Positions 35,841 through 50,677 are shown, counted from the first letter of the stretch. The stretch: DNA of 64,000 bases from Chrysomallon squamiferum (GCA_012295275.1 CM022671.1:33728001-33792000); one strand, 5' to 3'. Translations and numbers: made by a program. The notes: generated by a model from the letters alone, not told the origin.

Positions 35841-37402
35841 CAGCAGCAGCAGCAGCAGCATTAATGGTAATATAGAAATATTAGAACAGGAGAACTGAAG
35901 AAGAGTTGTAGAATAGTAGTAAAATTAGTCTTAGTTTTAGCAATAACAGTAGCAGCTGAAGTATAACAGCAGTGGTAACAATAGTAATTTTGTTATAGTG
36001 GTTGTAGTAGTTGCCACAGTAAAAGTAATAGCAGAGTACTGTCGAAATCGTCGTCATGTCTGTAACAGAAGCAGCTGCAGTAGTAGCAGAACAACAGTTA
36101 CTAGTAATACTGATGGTGTTGTTTCGTCGTCGTAGTAGTAGTACCTGATGCAGATATAGCAATAGCGCATCCAAATTATTTCACTGGGACGATTTTCGAC
36201 AATCCAGAATCGTGGTTTAAAAAATAAAAAAAAAAAAAAAAAAAAAAAAATGAAGAAGATGAAAAATAAGAAGAAAAAAATGCAATAGAAGTATCAAGTT
36301 TGATGTTTTTATGTGTATTGTATATAGGCTATATAATACACGATTGCTGATTGCTGCTCAAGTGAAAATATTTTCGGTCAATATAGGCGGGCTTCTTAAA
36401 AACCTAATCTATATTTTTGTTTAAAAACAAAATATTTCTAGAAGTCAGAATCAACAATAGGAACTATTTTAAAATAAACAGAAAAAACGCCCGATTTCAC
36501 TGAAACAAATAAACCTGACAATTCATTATTCAAGAAAACGTATTTTTGGAAATACAAACCAGTAATAAATAAAGAAAATGTTTTTCTTCGATCACCGCTC
36601 ATTACTGACTGCTTTGTGGAAGTCAGGCACTTTTATAAAATATACGTGATTCATGTCGCAAGCAGAAATAGATTTTTAAAAACCACGAAAAAAAATGTTT
36701 TTCGATAAAACCCGTGAGTCATATTTAATTAGAGTTTTCTTTTGCAGTATTTACCAGATCGCTCTGACACCAAAAACAGGCTTACATTAAAAATAAAGAG
36801 ACCGTCTCAGAAACAATGGGTCCCTGGATCGGTCCTCGACAGTTGACAACTTAATTGTTACTAATAGCCACGCTTTGTGTCTCTTTGCATTGGAAAATGT
36901 TAGCACAAAAGGTTCCATATTGCAAAGTAGCCGACATTAGAAAGTCACGTGATATCACTGACATTTAATAACAGTCATTGTTAAAATATGCTGAAATGTC
37001 ATAAATAAAAATTTAATTTCCATTCGCTTTTTCTGTAGCTTTTATATTTTTTCAAATATACACAGACATTATTATATAAGTACATGCCTATATATATGCA
37101 CATATGTACACATGTACACATGCATACAAACATGGATAGATGCATATATGCATGCATACATGCATTCATACATACATACATATATACATACACATATACA
37201 TGCATACATACAAATATACATGCATACATACAAACTTACATGTATACATGCATACACACACATACATACATACATACATACATACATAGATACATACATA
37301 CATACATACATACATACATACATACATACATACATAGATACATACATACATACATACATACATACATACATACATACATACATACATACATACATACATA
37401 CA

Positions 37403-37434
<32 letters not shown>

Positions 37435-37665
37435 CATTTTAAAAAAGACAACACATTTAGGTTTCTAGCTAAAATCACCATGAGATAAACATGAAAACAG
37501 GAATAATTCATTCTAAACGAAAATAGAAACTCACGTTTTATACCAAGCTCTGATAAACTTTCCAACTGTCAAAAAATAAACCAACAGAATACAAATCTAA
37601 AACTTACATTTTACAAACAAACACGGAACTATACTTTTCCCGAACACCACCCCACCCCTCCTTAC

Positions 37666-37687
37666 CTTGAGTACGTTTACAAGACAT
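37666..37687 (-). CDS. Candidate alternative first coding exon of the CARD-LRR gene (MSCKRTQ)
   Basis: ATG at 37687 and strong donor AAG|gtaagg at 37665, phase 1. CpG-rich upstream with TGACTCA at 37820. Confidence 0.45.
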
Positions 37688-38698
37688 TGTCCCAAGAAGA
37701 AAATTCAGACCGTTTCGCTATCCGGTCGCACCGTTATAGAAACATTGACCCTGACAAGTTCGTACGACATCAATCTTTGGGGACTTGGTCCGTCCGTGTG
37801 ACTTGTTTCTCGCAAACGATGACTCAGTCACAAATAAACCCGCCTTCCGAAGGCTGTGACACGTTCAAAACTGATTGCAAATTTGTTTTTGTGTGCGTAC
37901 AACAAATGTGGAAAACTCCATTCATGTAGCTTTGTACGCGAAGATAAGAGAAAACGTTATTTCAGTGTTGATGAGATTAATGCGGGATATTCGGTTACTA
38001 AAAGAGGAAATTAAGCGAGGATGAATAGTGGTTGTGGTGGTGGTAGTAGTAGTTGTATAAAAGTTGCATACAATAGTAGTAGAAGTAGTAGTAGTAGTAG
38101 TAGTAATGGTTGTTGTTGTTGAAATAGAAGTAATATTAGTAGTGACAGAAGTAATAATAATAGTAGCAATAGCCGTAGTAGTAGTAGCAGTACTAGCAGT
38201 AGTGGTTGTAGTAGCTGTGGTTGTAGGATACTAGTAACAGTAGTAGTAGTATTGGTAGTAGTAGTAATAGTAGTTGTACTAGAAATAAAAGTACTAGTGA
38301 TAGTACTAGTAGTAGTAATATTAGTATTAATTAGTAGTAGAGGTTGTTGTTGTTGTTACTGTTGTTATTGTTGTTGTTGTTGTAGTTGGTGTTGACACTG
38401 TAGCAGCAGGTGTATAATGTAATAGATAACAAGCGCTAGGCTTAATTTTCAAATCAAACAATGAAATCTCTTTCTCCGTCCACTTTCCATTCTCGTGTAA
38501 ACTAGTTTTCTGTTCACGGAGAATGTTATAAATTGTTATTTCAGGTTTCTGTGTGCCACTTCACGAAAAAGGATAATATAAAACAGCAAACACTTTACGA
38601 AATAACTAAAAACATCTGACGTGCCTAGGGCTATGACGTTTTCACTAGGGAAAAGTGAGGGATCCAGGTATAATAATAATAATAATAATAACAATAAC

Positions 38699-38765
<67 letters not shown>

Positions 38766-39789
38766 TAAATAATAATAATAATAATAATAGTTCTGCCAAG
38801 TTGTGACTTATTTTGTACATTAAGATGCTAATGTGTAGATTCCTAAACAAACAAAAAAAAAAAAAAAAAAAAAAAAAAAAAGCGATAAAAGACTACCGAA
38901 TGTCAAAGGTTAAAACTTTTCTTATGCCTGGGAAAAGTTAGCAAATATATCAGAATATTTTATAGCAGAAATAGGCTATGTTTATTTGTTCAGTGTCAGA
39001 TATACATATCTCTTTCTTTTTTTCCCCCCTTTTCGTAATTTTATTTCTCTTTTTTATTCCTTTTTCTTTTTTTAACTTTGACATATTTTTTTAAGGCAAA
39101 TGTTTTCACAGTATTTTAATACATCAACAAAGATGTTTTATATGTACACCTACACACACACAGAAAGAGATAGAGAGAATTTTGACACATAGGTAGTATT
39201 CAAAACTTTTAAAATAATTGTGTTAGTTTTTATATTATACGTGCATAGAGATACATACATGAACACACATTCCCACACACAAACATATGTATATGAATAA
39301 TAAATTTATGAATATTATTATTTTACAATATTATTCATGTACACACACACAAACCACACAGAGAGAAAGACTGGAAGATGCACTCAAACAAGAAATGTCC
39401 GATGACATAACCACTACACGACTTAGAATGGTATTCAGCGCTCACAATACAAATACTTTAGAGCTATTTTCCTGTGTTTTATTAAGCATTAGCGCTTCCC
39501 GCCTGCTCAAATACACACCGAGACGTAAAACAAACACCCACGCCTGATGTAACAGATGTTGTGAAACCCGACACAAGCGCAGATTACGAGCCAGCAACAA
39601 GGTAACAAAACAGCTTGCTTCTCGATTGGAAATAAACTTGTAATTTAGCGTCAACTGAGACGATGGATTTTCAAATCGGAGACTGTCTGTCTAAGGGTAC
39701 CTAGCAGGGTTAACAAGATTGCGTGAGTAACAGAGTCTGTGAATGCGTGCACGGCATTGACGTGGACATGATAATGTACAAGTACGGTT

Positions 39790-40100
39790 TATGAAGGCTT
39801 CGCACGTTAGTGTCCCATGAAAGGATGAATCACTTTGGCCATGACAAAATTCGTGACAGACTGAACATCAGTGTCCATGAAAGCGTGTACAACTTTGATT
39901 GTGGCATAACGCACGACATATTTATGAAGATTTGTACATTAGTATACTTTGGCCACGACAATATTTGTTAAAGTTTGCATACCATTGTCCATAAAAGCGT
40001 GCATAACTATGGCATCATGTACAATAAAATTCATGAAGACTTGTGTATAAGTCTTGAACGCTTGTTCATCAGTGTTCATGAAAACATGTACAATACTGAC
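39790..40100. repeat. Old degenerate tandem repeat (units roughly 55-60 bp)
   Basis: Recurring (c/t)agtgtccatgaaagcgtgtacaactttg-like blocks and ctttggcca(t/c)gacaa blocks. Confidence 0.6.
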
Positions 40101-40978
40101 AACAGATTCTACAATGTTGTGACGTCATACACATAATTAAATTGTTAAGATAATGAGAGGAGAAACCAGTCAAGATGGTCGATTACTCGTGTATAGACCT
40201 GCAGCAAGAGTTCTTTTTGTTCACAAAGTACATACCAGGTCGTTAATAAATCAACAAGAGCAGCGTCTGGAGCGGGAAATATATCAAAGTGAACACTGAG
40301 GAGTATCGATCTCGAGACCTGACGGGCTCCAAGCTTCAAACACTGCACCATGTAATTATCTTATTATTTTTTTCAAATAGAGACATGGTTTGAGCCGCAG
40401 ATGGTTTCATTTATGAAATCACGGATTAGATTTTTAATAATTGTATTTGTTGTTATTATTGTTTCCATCGCAGAGTACAAAATCATTGTTTTGTATTCTT
40501 TGCCGATTGAATTATCAAAACAGGAAGAAGGATAATAAAAAAATAAAATTAAAATTTAAAAAAAATATATAAAAAAACCGGAAGAAAAACAAGAAAGAAT
40601 TAAAAAATATGATTTTAAAAAAGAGCGCACAAAGCCAATTAGTTTAGAATTTCCCATCTTTTTTAATCTAAATTTGTTTTTATTTTAAATTTGTTTTTAT
40701 TTTAGCTCTTGTTTTCTGTTTCCCAATTTCTTTTCAATTTCCGTTGTTTCTCCTTTCAGTTAATTTTAATTTTCTTTTATGAACTTTGAGGATTAGTGTA
40801 ACGATTAGCTAAAATATATCTTCATTCAGCATTTACCTACAAAATATATCATCAAACTGTTCAGAAATTAAAATGCGCCATAAATTATATAAAAACACAC
40901 ATATATATACATAAACCCACATATACATTCCTACACATATAAACATACAAACCCACAGATACATACACACATTTACAC

Positions 40979-41023
<45 letters not shown>

Positions 41024-41036
41024 TACACATACACAT

Positions 41037-41089
<53 letters not shown>

Positions 41090-41260
41090 TCCGCAAATAC
41101 AAGGATATGGGTTTTTAACATAGCATAATAAAAATACACACATGTACAATACACATACATACATACACACACACACACATATACAAGTACATGCATACAT
41201 ACACACACAAACACATACATACACCCGCAAATACAAGGATATGATTTTTTAACATAACAT

Positions 41261-41460
41261 AATAAAAATACACACATCCTTTGTCGCTGTGTCGCACTGT
41301 AATAACAATACACACATCCTTTGTCGCTGTGTCGCACTGTAATAACAATACACACATCCTTTGTCGCTGTATCGCACTGTAATAAAAATACACACATCCT
41401 TTGTCGCTGTATCGCACTGTAATAAAAATACACACATCCCTTGTCGCTGTATCGCACTGT
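41261..41460. repeat. 40-bp minisatellite, 5 units
   Basis: aataa(a/c)aatacacacatcctttgtcgctgt(g/a)tcgcactgt x5, about 30 bp from the donor at 41489. Confidence 0.95.
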
Positions 41461-41489
41461 ATGTTGTTGTTATAAAAGTTATTGCTTAC

Positions 41490-41604
41490 CCTCGATGACA
41501 TGACCATTGCCATGTCCATCTGCAAACTTCGAGAAAGATTTCGAGTACGTGTCCCCGTGACGTCCGCCAGTAACGTCCGATGTACACGACAGCGTGTCCC
41601 CCAT
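41490..41604 (-). CDS. First coding exon of the CARD-LRR gene (MGDTLSCTSDVTGGRHGDTYSKSFSKFADGHGNGHVIE). Whole exon 41490-41690
   Basis: Acceptor tttttcag at 41693-41691, in-frame upstream TAA at 41646-41644, ATG at 41604, donor AGG|gtaagc at 41489. Phase 1 joins AC at 14394 to give GAC and a 748-aa product. Confidence 0.75.
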
Positions 41605-42155
41605 GATGATGACGTAACAACGTTCACCCCAGCAGAGAACTCTTTAACACAAACTCGGCATCACGACCACTGGAATGTTTCACAGTATCACTGAAAAATA
41701 AAATACGAAAAAAAGTTACATAAATAGCTGCTACGTTATTGAAAAATGAACACAGTAAAAGTGTGTGTTTACGTGTATGTGCATCATATTATAACTACAA
41801 CATCAATATTCAGTCACATAAAAATGCTATATTACTGAATCTTTTTTGAATTATATATATATATTAGTTGCATTTTTCGAAAATAAGAAATATTAAAATA
41901 CAATCTAAGAAGAATTTTGTTGTTGTATTTCATTGCAGTATTAACTACTGCTACACTTTCATCATCAACATCATTAAAATCACTACACTATCTATCATTT
42001 TCCTGTTATTTGATTAATAAACCGTTGCTTTTTCTGTTCCATTTTTCCTTGTCCTGTCTGTAAATTGTTTTTGTTAATTGGATACAAGAGGTGACAGTCA
42101 TAATGTGAAAAATATTGATTTTGTTAGAGAATAGGAAATAAGTTATTTGAGAGAT

Positions 42156-42274
<119 letters not shown>

Positions 42275-42767
42275 TTCATAAATGTATCTACTGCTTTGAA
42301 CATTTTATATAAATTCACTTAACTGTTGCAGAATTTTTAATATAGTTATATTCATACATATAAAATAACTAAGTAAATGTAATAACATATGATTAATACA
42401 TACGTATACACATACATACATACATACAAACATCTACACAGGCATACATATATACATCCATACAACACACATAAATACAAACGATACATATAGACTACAC
42501 AACATACGCTACATTATAATATCATATATCATCGTCATCATCATCATCATCACTGTCATCGCTATTATTATTATTATAACAAAATTTAACATTATACTCT
42601 ACCACGTTTAAATCAAGACCGACTCTTCAGTAGTATTGTCGCGTTTACGAGCGTATACTTCAGTTCGCGTGCCCAGTATCTATCTACCTACACCACACCA
42701 AACTGGTTAATTAAACTACCTCGTATTCAACAGAACGCACGAAATAGCAGTAACAACAATAATTTAC

Positions 42768-43040
42768 CTGAGGGAACCGTTAAACCATTACTGTTTGGTG
42801 CTTTTCATTTTCAAAAGCTGTCCAAAGTCGGAGCAGCTGCGTGCGACCAATTAGTAATAATTCGAGTACTTACCGTTACGCAAACTGAAGGAGGGGCAAT
42901 TAACAGGCCACAGGCCACGCCCACTGTCGAGTGTAACGCTTCAGAATTGTTGTTTATTGCACCGTATCATATTTCACTAACAACGCCTAGGTGACAAGAG
43001 GGCGTGGCAGTAAAGAACAACACAACCGGGTGCTGGAATA
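42768..43040 (-). promoter_or_regulatory. Candidate alternative promoter / non-coding first exon of the CARD-LRR gene
   Basis: Donor CAG|gtaaat at 42767. KLF/SP-type boxes ggccacgccc (42913-42922) and gggcgtggc (43000-43008). Confidence 0.35.
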
Positions 43041-43237
43041 ACAGAGCCAGTTATTTAATTAACTCTTTCAAGTTGTGTTGTTTTGTCCCTTGTTAAGAAG
43101 TTGTTTTTTGTTTTGTTCTTTTGAAATAATTTTTGTGAAAACTAGATATACGATAGACAAAAATGTTTGTATAACGTTTTACTTTATTGTCCTGTTATTT
43201 TATGAAGTTTATTTTTTGTTATTGGTATTTATTTATT

Positions 43238-43279
<42 letters not shown>

Positions 43280-43300
43280 ATTATTATTTTATTATTATTA

Positions 43301-43358
<58 letters not shown>

Positions 43359-45248
43359 TAATGTTGTTCTTGTTCTTGTTGTCGTTGTTGTTATTTCTTC
43401 TTTTTAAATTTCTAAATGTTTGAATGAGGAATACTTATAATTATTTTGTCCACTAACGTATACATCAATGCTTAAACTTTTTTTTTATTGTTGTTGCTTT
43501 TTCTCCTAACGGAAAACCTGTTCCTGTTAGTAACGTAGTATCTTATACATTCACCTTCCCATAACCTGGAAAACAAAGGCCTTTTAATCGCGTCTCCCCT
43601 ACACACCGAACTGTGTTGAGACAGACGTGAACGGGAAAAGACAGCTGAGTTCATCACGCAGACTGGCTTACTGGCGTCAGCTGGGAAAGAAAAGAAGAAA
43701 ACGAGGAGTGAACACACCGCGGCGATCCAGTCATGAAAACTATCCCGCTAAAAATGAGTTCTGTGCATCTCACATTTTTTCCCATCCTTCATATATATAT
43801 ATATATCTATATATACATACATGCATACATACACACACACATACACATACGCGCACACATACACACACATACAAACTAATACAATCAATATCAAAATGTT
43901 TTGAGATGTCACTAAATAGAAAATAATTTATTCATTCTTCATTCATTCTTCATTCATTCTTCATTCATTCATTCATTCATTCGTTCATTCGTTCATTCGT
44001 TCATTCGTTCATTCGTTCATTCATTCATTCATCTGTTCCATCATTCTCTCATTTCCTTCTCTTTCTTTGAATCAGATATCTAAACGAACACGTCTGACAT
44101 TCACCACTGTACACACACAGACAAAGCAAGGTGCGTTATTTAACAGTGATTTTCATCTTACTTATAATTTGGAAAACCGAGTGACACATGTCAATTTGAC
44201 ACTGTTAGACCACAGCCCAAACAAATTGCTTGACACTAACTGTTATCAGTACACGCCTGTCCTGGACACAGAACGAATGAGCCTAGGCAATGAGACAAGG
44301 TAGATAGCGTGACAGAAATTAGAAATTACAGGAAAGTGTGTGGCGGTGTCAAATGTATTTCTGTTGTTTGTAAGATGTCTGCAATTTAAGTTCGGTTTGA
44401 AACAGTGTTAATTACGGGGATGCTGGCGATTGGCGTGACTATGACGACAATGATGATGAGGATGATGATGATGATGATGATTGTTGTTGTTGTTATTGAA
44501 TTGTTATCATTTTCCTAATTATTATTGTAACTGTTGTTGTTGTTGTTATTATTATTATTAAATCTAAACACGAAAAAAGTGTTGTTGTGGAAATTTTTTT
44601 TTTTTAGAAAAAGGTGAAAAATCAGAGAAGCCAGTCAGAACACGCACTCATACATACATAATACATCCTTACACACATACATACAAACGATGCATACAGA
44701 CTACACAACATATGATACATAATACGGGAAGATCGATTTTGCGGAGAAGAGAGGACTACCATCTCCTCTGAGAAAAAAAAATGGTATAATCAAGGAAGAT
44801 AACAGTGGAAGATAATCTAGTCTGGGTGGAGGGGAGTAGGTCTTAGACTGCAAGAGAATGAAGGGGGTGAAAAGAAGGGGAGATAATCACATTAATCCTT
44901 AGGAGGGATTTTAATAAGGTAGAAGAGTCTAGACTAGGAAAAAAGGTTGGGGGTTGAGATTCAAATCAGTGAACTGGAAGATATTAATAGCTACTTAATA
45001 ATGAGACGTTGCCGTTGTGTTTGTTGTTACTCGCTGAGCAGCTGTTGCGTAAGGTTGTTGTCATTGTTATTCACAGCAGTAATGTCGTCGTGTTATTTAG
45101 AAAGCGGACGGACCGTGTCAGATTGACACGTGGTTAACGTGTGTGACAGACATTACTGTGTATCATGTTTCAGTCTGCACTGAGTGTTTGTGTAAGCGAC
45201 TCAACTACACCAGCCTGCATTCCACTAGTTCAGTAAACCGAATACGTC

Positions 45249-45346
<98 letters not shown>

Positions 45347-45476
45347 TGAGTGTATGGATGAGTGTGTGGATGAGTGTGTGAGTATGTGTGCGATTGTGAG
45401 TATGTGTGAGTATGTGTGAGTGTGTGCGTATGTGCCTATGTACGTATGTTGTGTATATATCCCATATATATAAGCC

Positions 45477-45532
<56 letters not shown>

Positions 45533-46209
45533 TAACAGTAACAATAATAATAATAGTAATAAAATACCAAACTATTCAAACAAAACCATAAACTATTAAA
45601 ACTAGTCGCAGAAATCTTCCCATTCAGCAGCAAATCCCCGCATACTGAGATTTTAATCTGTTTCTGAAAGAAGATAGCGAGAAGGGCCGACGATTAAAAT
45701 ACTTCTTAACGTTTTTCTCTGAGACCGATATCAGCACGTCAAGTTTACGAGGTCAAAAAACAAAAAGAGGTGATAATTTATGACCGATGACCTTTGACCC
45801 ACTGATATATGATTGTCATTTAAACTTGGAGATAGCTGCAGTAACAAAAACAAAATGTTTCTATTGTTAGATTTCTTTTTCACTTAAAACTCTGTTGACT
45901 CCTGGGCAAATACTTGATACAGAGACCAGAATATTTGAACAAGGGGGTGTGGGTATGCAGTGGGTGTGGATTTGATATTAACGGGTGTGTCTGTCAGTGT
46001 GTTTCTGTGTACAATATGCTGTGTAACTAAATGTTGAGACTTATTATTACTATTACTACTGCCACTCCTACTTAAAACTACTACTATATTATTATTATTA
46101 TTAGAAATAGTGGTAGTGGTAATGGTTGCAGTGGTTGTATTCGTAATAGTGCTTGGTAAAGTAGTAACAGTAAGAATACCAGAATTGCATGTAGTACCAG
46201 TAATAACAC

Positions 46210-46248
<39 letters not shown>

Positions 46249-47005
46249 TATATTATTATTTATTTATATACTTACTTTATTATATATTCATTTATTTAAA
46301 TTTATTTTACTCATTCAAGGTGAATGTAAACTAAAATACACATAAAGGTTTGCATTTATGGTTTTATTGTGTATGTATCTCAGTGCAAATTTATATATAT
46401 ATACACATACACACACAGACACACCTATTTATATATATATATATATAGATAGATATAGATATGTCACAATGACACTGTTGAATATAATTCAGGAGCGGCT
46501 ACTACGTTACCTGGTTACCCTGATATTTCAGTGTGCTGGTTTACCTGTAAACATCTATTTCTGTCTTCGATAATCGATTTGACAGAGCTAATATTGAACC
46601 AGTAACACCGGTACACAGATTAATCAATAGAAATAATGATAAACTAGTGACATAGTAAAATACGTTTCAGTACACAGAAATATTACAGACACACCGTAGA
46701 CTGAGATATCGCCCTAAAGCCTGTGAGTTAATAGGAAAACGGACTGGCTGCTTCACATTTGGGATTAGTTTTAATGGGTATAAATCTAATCTAATATATA
46801 TATATATACACACACATACAAATATACCTGAATAGTAAATATATAATTTTTCACATACATGCATGCATGCATACATACATACATAGATACATAGATACAT
46901 ATATACATACATACATACATACATACATACATACATACATACATACATACATACATACATACATACATACATACATACATACATACATACGCACATGCAT
47001 GTATC

Positions 47006-47041
<36 letters not shown>

Positions 47042-47517
47042 GAGATATATATACAAACATGCAGATACTCAAATATCTGTTGTTGTTTTTTGTTATTGTT
47101 CATGTTTTGTGGTAGATTCATTGTCTTCTTTTGTTTTCTTTTGTATTTATTCAGATTATTTCTAAGAAAACAAACCAGGAAAGCGTGCTTTAACGTCACG
47201 CTATACGTAACTGTAGGTGAAGAAAACGAAATAATATTACTCAATAAACCTGACATCTTAATTTCTCGTGGCGCATACAGATTTACTGTTTGTCCTTTCT
47301 GAGCTTTGCCAAATTACCCGTTGAATAAGCAGTTCATTTCCCTCATGCGGAACGACAGCAACAAGGTGAACTACTACGCGGACAATTAGTTGCTGCTGTT
47401 TTCTACTACAGGCTTATAGCGAACACAGCAGGCTCGAGTCCTAATTAGCCTCAAGTTTTCAACAAACCCGAGCAGAGAGTGTAATATAGTGTATAATAGT
47501 GTGTGATAGATACAGAC

Positions 47518-47612
<95 letters not shown>

Positions 47613-47998
47613 AATAAAATATAATCATGTAACAGTAATAACACAACAATATCCTATTACTATTACTACTACTACTACTATTATTATTACTATTATTAAT
47701 ACTGTTACTGCTGTTGCTACTACCACTACTGCTTCAACTACAACTATTACACTACTACTGTTACTTCTGCTACTGCTACTACTACTACTACTACTACTAC
47801 TATTAATAATAATAATAATGATGATGATAATAATAACAATAAGAATAACAATAAAACTTATATCGTACCCCGCTAAGGTTACCTAACGACATTGTCCCAC
47901 TGTTAATACTGTCGTGTTACCCTTTTTTGTCTACCTCGTCAAACATGTACTGCATACCGGCTTGTTCATTAACACCACTCCATTAAACTTAAACTTAC

Positions 47999-48280
47999 CT
48001 GTATATATATATATGTTAAAACACTATCTTCTCTCCAGTTAAAGAAACAACAATATCCTCTTCGTGTCACTCTTCCCGGATATCACCGAAGTTTGGTCCT
48101 CTTTGCCGTACTTCACGTTGTTAGACTCGTGTTCTCTCACCTGTAATCAAACCCGACAGGTAAATCGCATATCTAAAACGATAGACAGGTCGCTGGAACC
48201 CACGTTACGACTCGCGCGCCTATCCACTACGAGAAGGAAAAGAACAGGGCGGGAAAAAACGACATGACGTCTGCAAACGT
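47999..48280 (-). promoter_or_regulatory. Candidate distal promoter and 5' non-coding exon of the CARD-LRR gene
   Basis: Consensus donor CAG|gtaagt at 47998. CpG-rich segment with a gggcggg box and CRE-like tgacgtc at about 48245-48271. Confidence 0.45.
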
Positions 48281-48907
48281 AGAAACCTCTTTCTCCCTAT
48301 TTCGTTTTTGTTCTCACAAGCATCCGAATGAAACGGCGGGCTTTACAAGATTTAGTGTTCAGGTAAAAATGTAGGTGAACTGAAAACGAGAAGAAAAAAT
48401 CGATCAAAACCACCGGTCTGAATATACTGAATATTCTTTTTTTTTATCGCAGCTAATTTGTAAAGCGAGTATTTATTCAAGCGATAAAACGCAAACTGTA
48501 TTATTCTTATCGCAGAATCGTAGTTGCTTACTTTTATCTATTAGTTTTACCATCTCATAAAGTATCATAAATTATTATTAGGAGTATTTTTGAATCTCTT
48601 ATTTAACATTTATTTATTTATTTATTTATTTATTTATTCACTTTTGTTGTTACTGTTGTTAATTTAGTAACTAAAACTGGGACGTTACACAATGTTTAGC
48701 ACTGGAGTGGCAGGGTACTGCGCTGTTTTGATTCTCTTTATTATACCAGAGAACAATCCACTGGTGTGAAGAGAAAAAAAATAAAAAATAAAATAAAAAT
48801 CAATAAGAAACATTATATATGTTTGTTTGTATGTAATGTATTCGTGTGCATAAACGAGTGAGCTGTATGTGATATTACAAAACAAAATTAAGTTATTTAT
48901 TATCTTC

Positions 48908-48942
<35 letters not shown>

Positions 48943-49002
48943 CATCATCATCATCATTATTATTATTATTATTATTATTCTTTATTATTATTATTAGTAT
49001 TC

Positions 49003-49047
<45 letters not shown>

Positions 49048-49653
49048 TTTGGATTCGTGCATATGTAATGAATCTACGCTTATAAAATGTTCTATTTTTT
49101 TTGTGTTCATTTTAGCAATAGTATAAAGTTTTAACTAAAATTGTTTGCTGGTATCTTTTAAATAAAGCCATAGATATTTATTAAATATTAATAACCAAGA
49201 TATCTTTCCGTGTCCCGGGCATATTATAAATACGAGCGTCACAGATACATTTTAGAAAAGAAATATCTGTGATATATTTTAAATGAAATGTCCAAGATAT
49301 ATTTCAAATAATAGTTTACTAGATATATTTTAAATAACAAATATTCCGCATATCTTTTAAACGACAATATTCCAATTAACATTTTTTTTCTTCGTATTAA
49401 GTAGAAATAATTCAGATAACTGCTATCTCCCTAACAACTCTAGTAAATTGTGCTTAAACGTTTTAACGACCTTTTATTATCCTGTCAGCCTTGGATCTCG
49501 TTTGGCAACTCGCCGAAAGGGTTTTGCACTTCCTTCCTCTGCTGATTTTAAATCTTTCGCTTTCTCTCCGAAATGCAGCCAATCCTGTACTTGTTTACTT
49601 TGGAGGTGCAACAACATTAGTTTAAGTTTTAAAAGGCTCCGTTTTAGCCACGG

Positions 49654-49691
<38 letters not shown>

Positions 49692-49859
49692 TTTGTTGAG
49701 TTTCTCTGTAAAAATAAACAACTATTTCTGTTTGCTTGTTTCTTGAATTCTGCTAAACAAATATAGATATGTATAATTTATATGATATTGACATTTGTTT
49801 GTGTGTGTATGAATATTCTCTGTCCTATGCACGTCTGAATAGACTCTTTATGTAAACAA

Positions 49860-50005
49860 TATTCGGGAACGCACTGGCACCGGAGGATAAAGGCAGTCGA
49901 GACCTTCATAAACCCAGTCAGATGCCTCTGACGAGACTCGAACGTATGGCACCCATTCGCCCGCTCTCCGAAGGCGGACGACATTACCGTTGGGCCATTA
50001 TAACA
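49860..50005 (-). mobile_element. tRNA-derived SINE (partial)
   Basis: Minus-strand A box TGGCCCAACGG (49997-49987) and B box GTTCGAGTC (49943-49935), followed by a non-tRNA body. No intact cloverleaf. Confidence 0.7.
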
Positions 50006-50646
50006 ACGTTTTCCGTGGAAAAATATAAACGAAAACAGTCGTATATAATTTCTGTCTGTATTGACCTTTATTTTGTGTGTGTGTGTATGTATGTATGTAT
50101 GTATGTATGTATGTATGTATGTATGTATGTATGTATGTATGTATGTATGTATGTATGTATGTATATAATGTATGTATGTATGTATGTATATGCATGTATG
50201 CATGTATGTGTCTGTCTGTGTGTATATCTGTGTATGTTTACAAACATATGTATATGTAAGTACATATATGTGTGTAAATTTTAAAAAAGAAAAACTGTCT
50301 TCAAACTTAGCATTATTTATATATATTTAGTTATCGAATAAATTTTATATATCTATGTATCACACACAAATTTAAGCATATCCCATGTGTTGTATGATAA
50401 TTATTTCGTGTTACATATTTTATTTCTATCTGATCTTTCTCACCTTTACACACCTGCATAGCTGAATACAGGTGTTCACCAGGTGATAGGTAATCCGCAG
50501 TTTCTTTTGATAGAACGTAATAGAACATGATATAAAATATATGAAGCTTTGACAAATAGTCACAGAAAAGCAAGATAGAGAGACAGACAGAGACAGACAG
50601 AAAGAAAGAGACAAGGATATAGGGATGGAGAGATGGAGCGAGGCGT

Positions 50647-50677
<31 letters not shown>

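Noticed and set aside
49170-49375. Degenerate ~26-bp agatatattttaaat repeats
   Set aside because: Very AT-rich and irregular, and not distinguishable from low-complexity background by eye.
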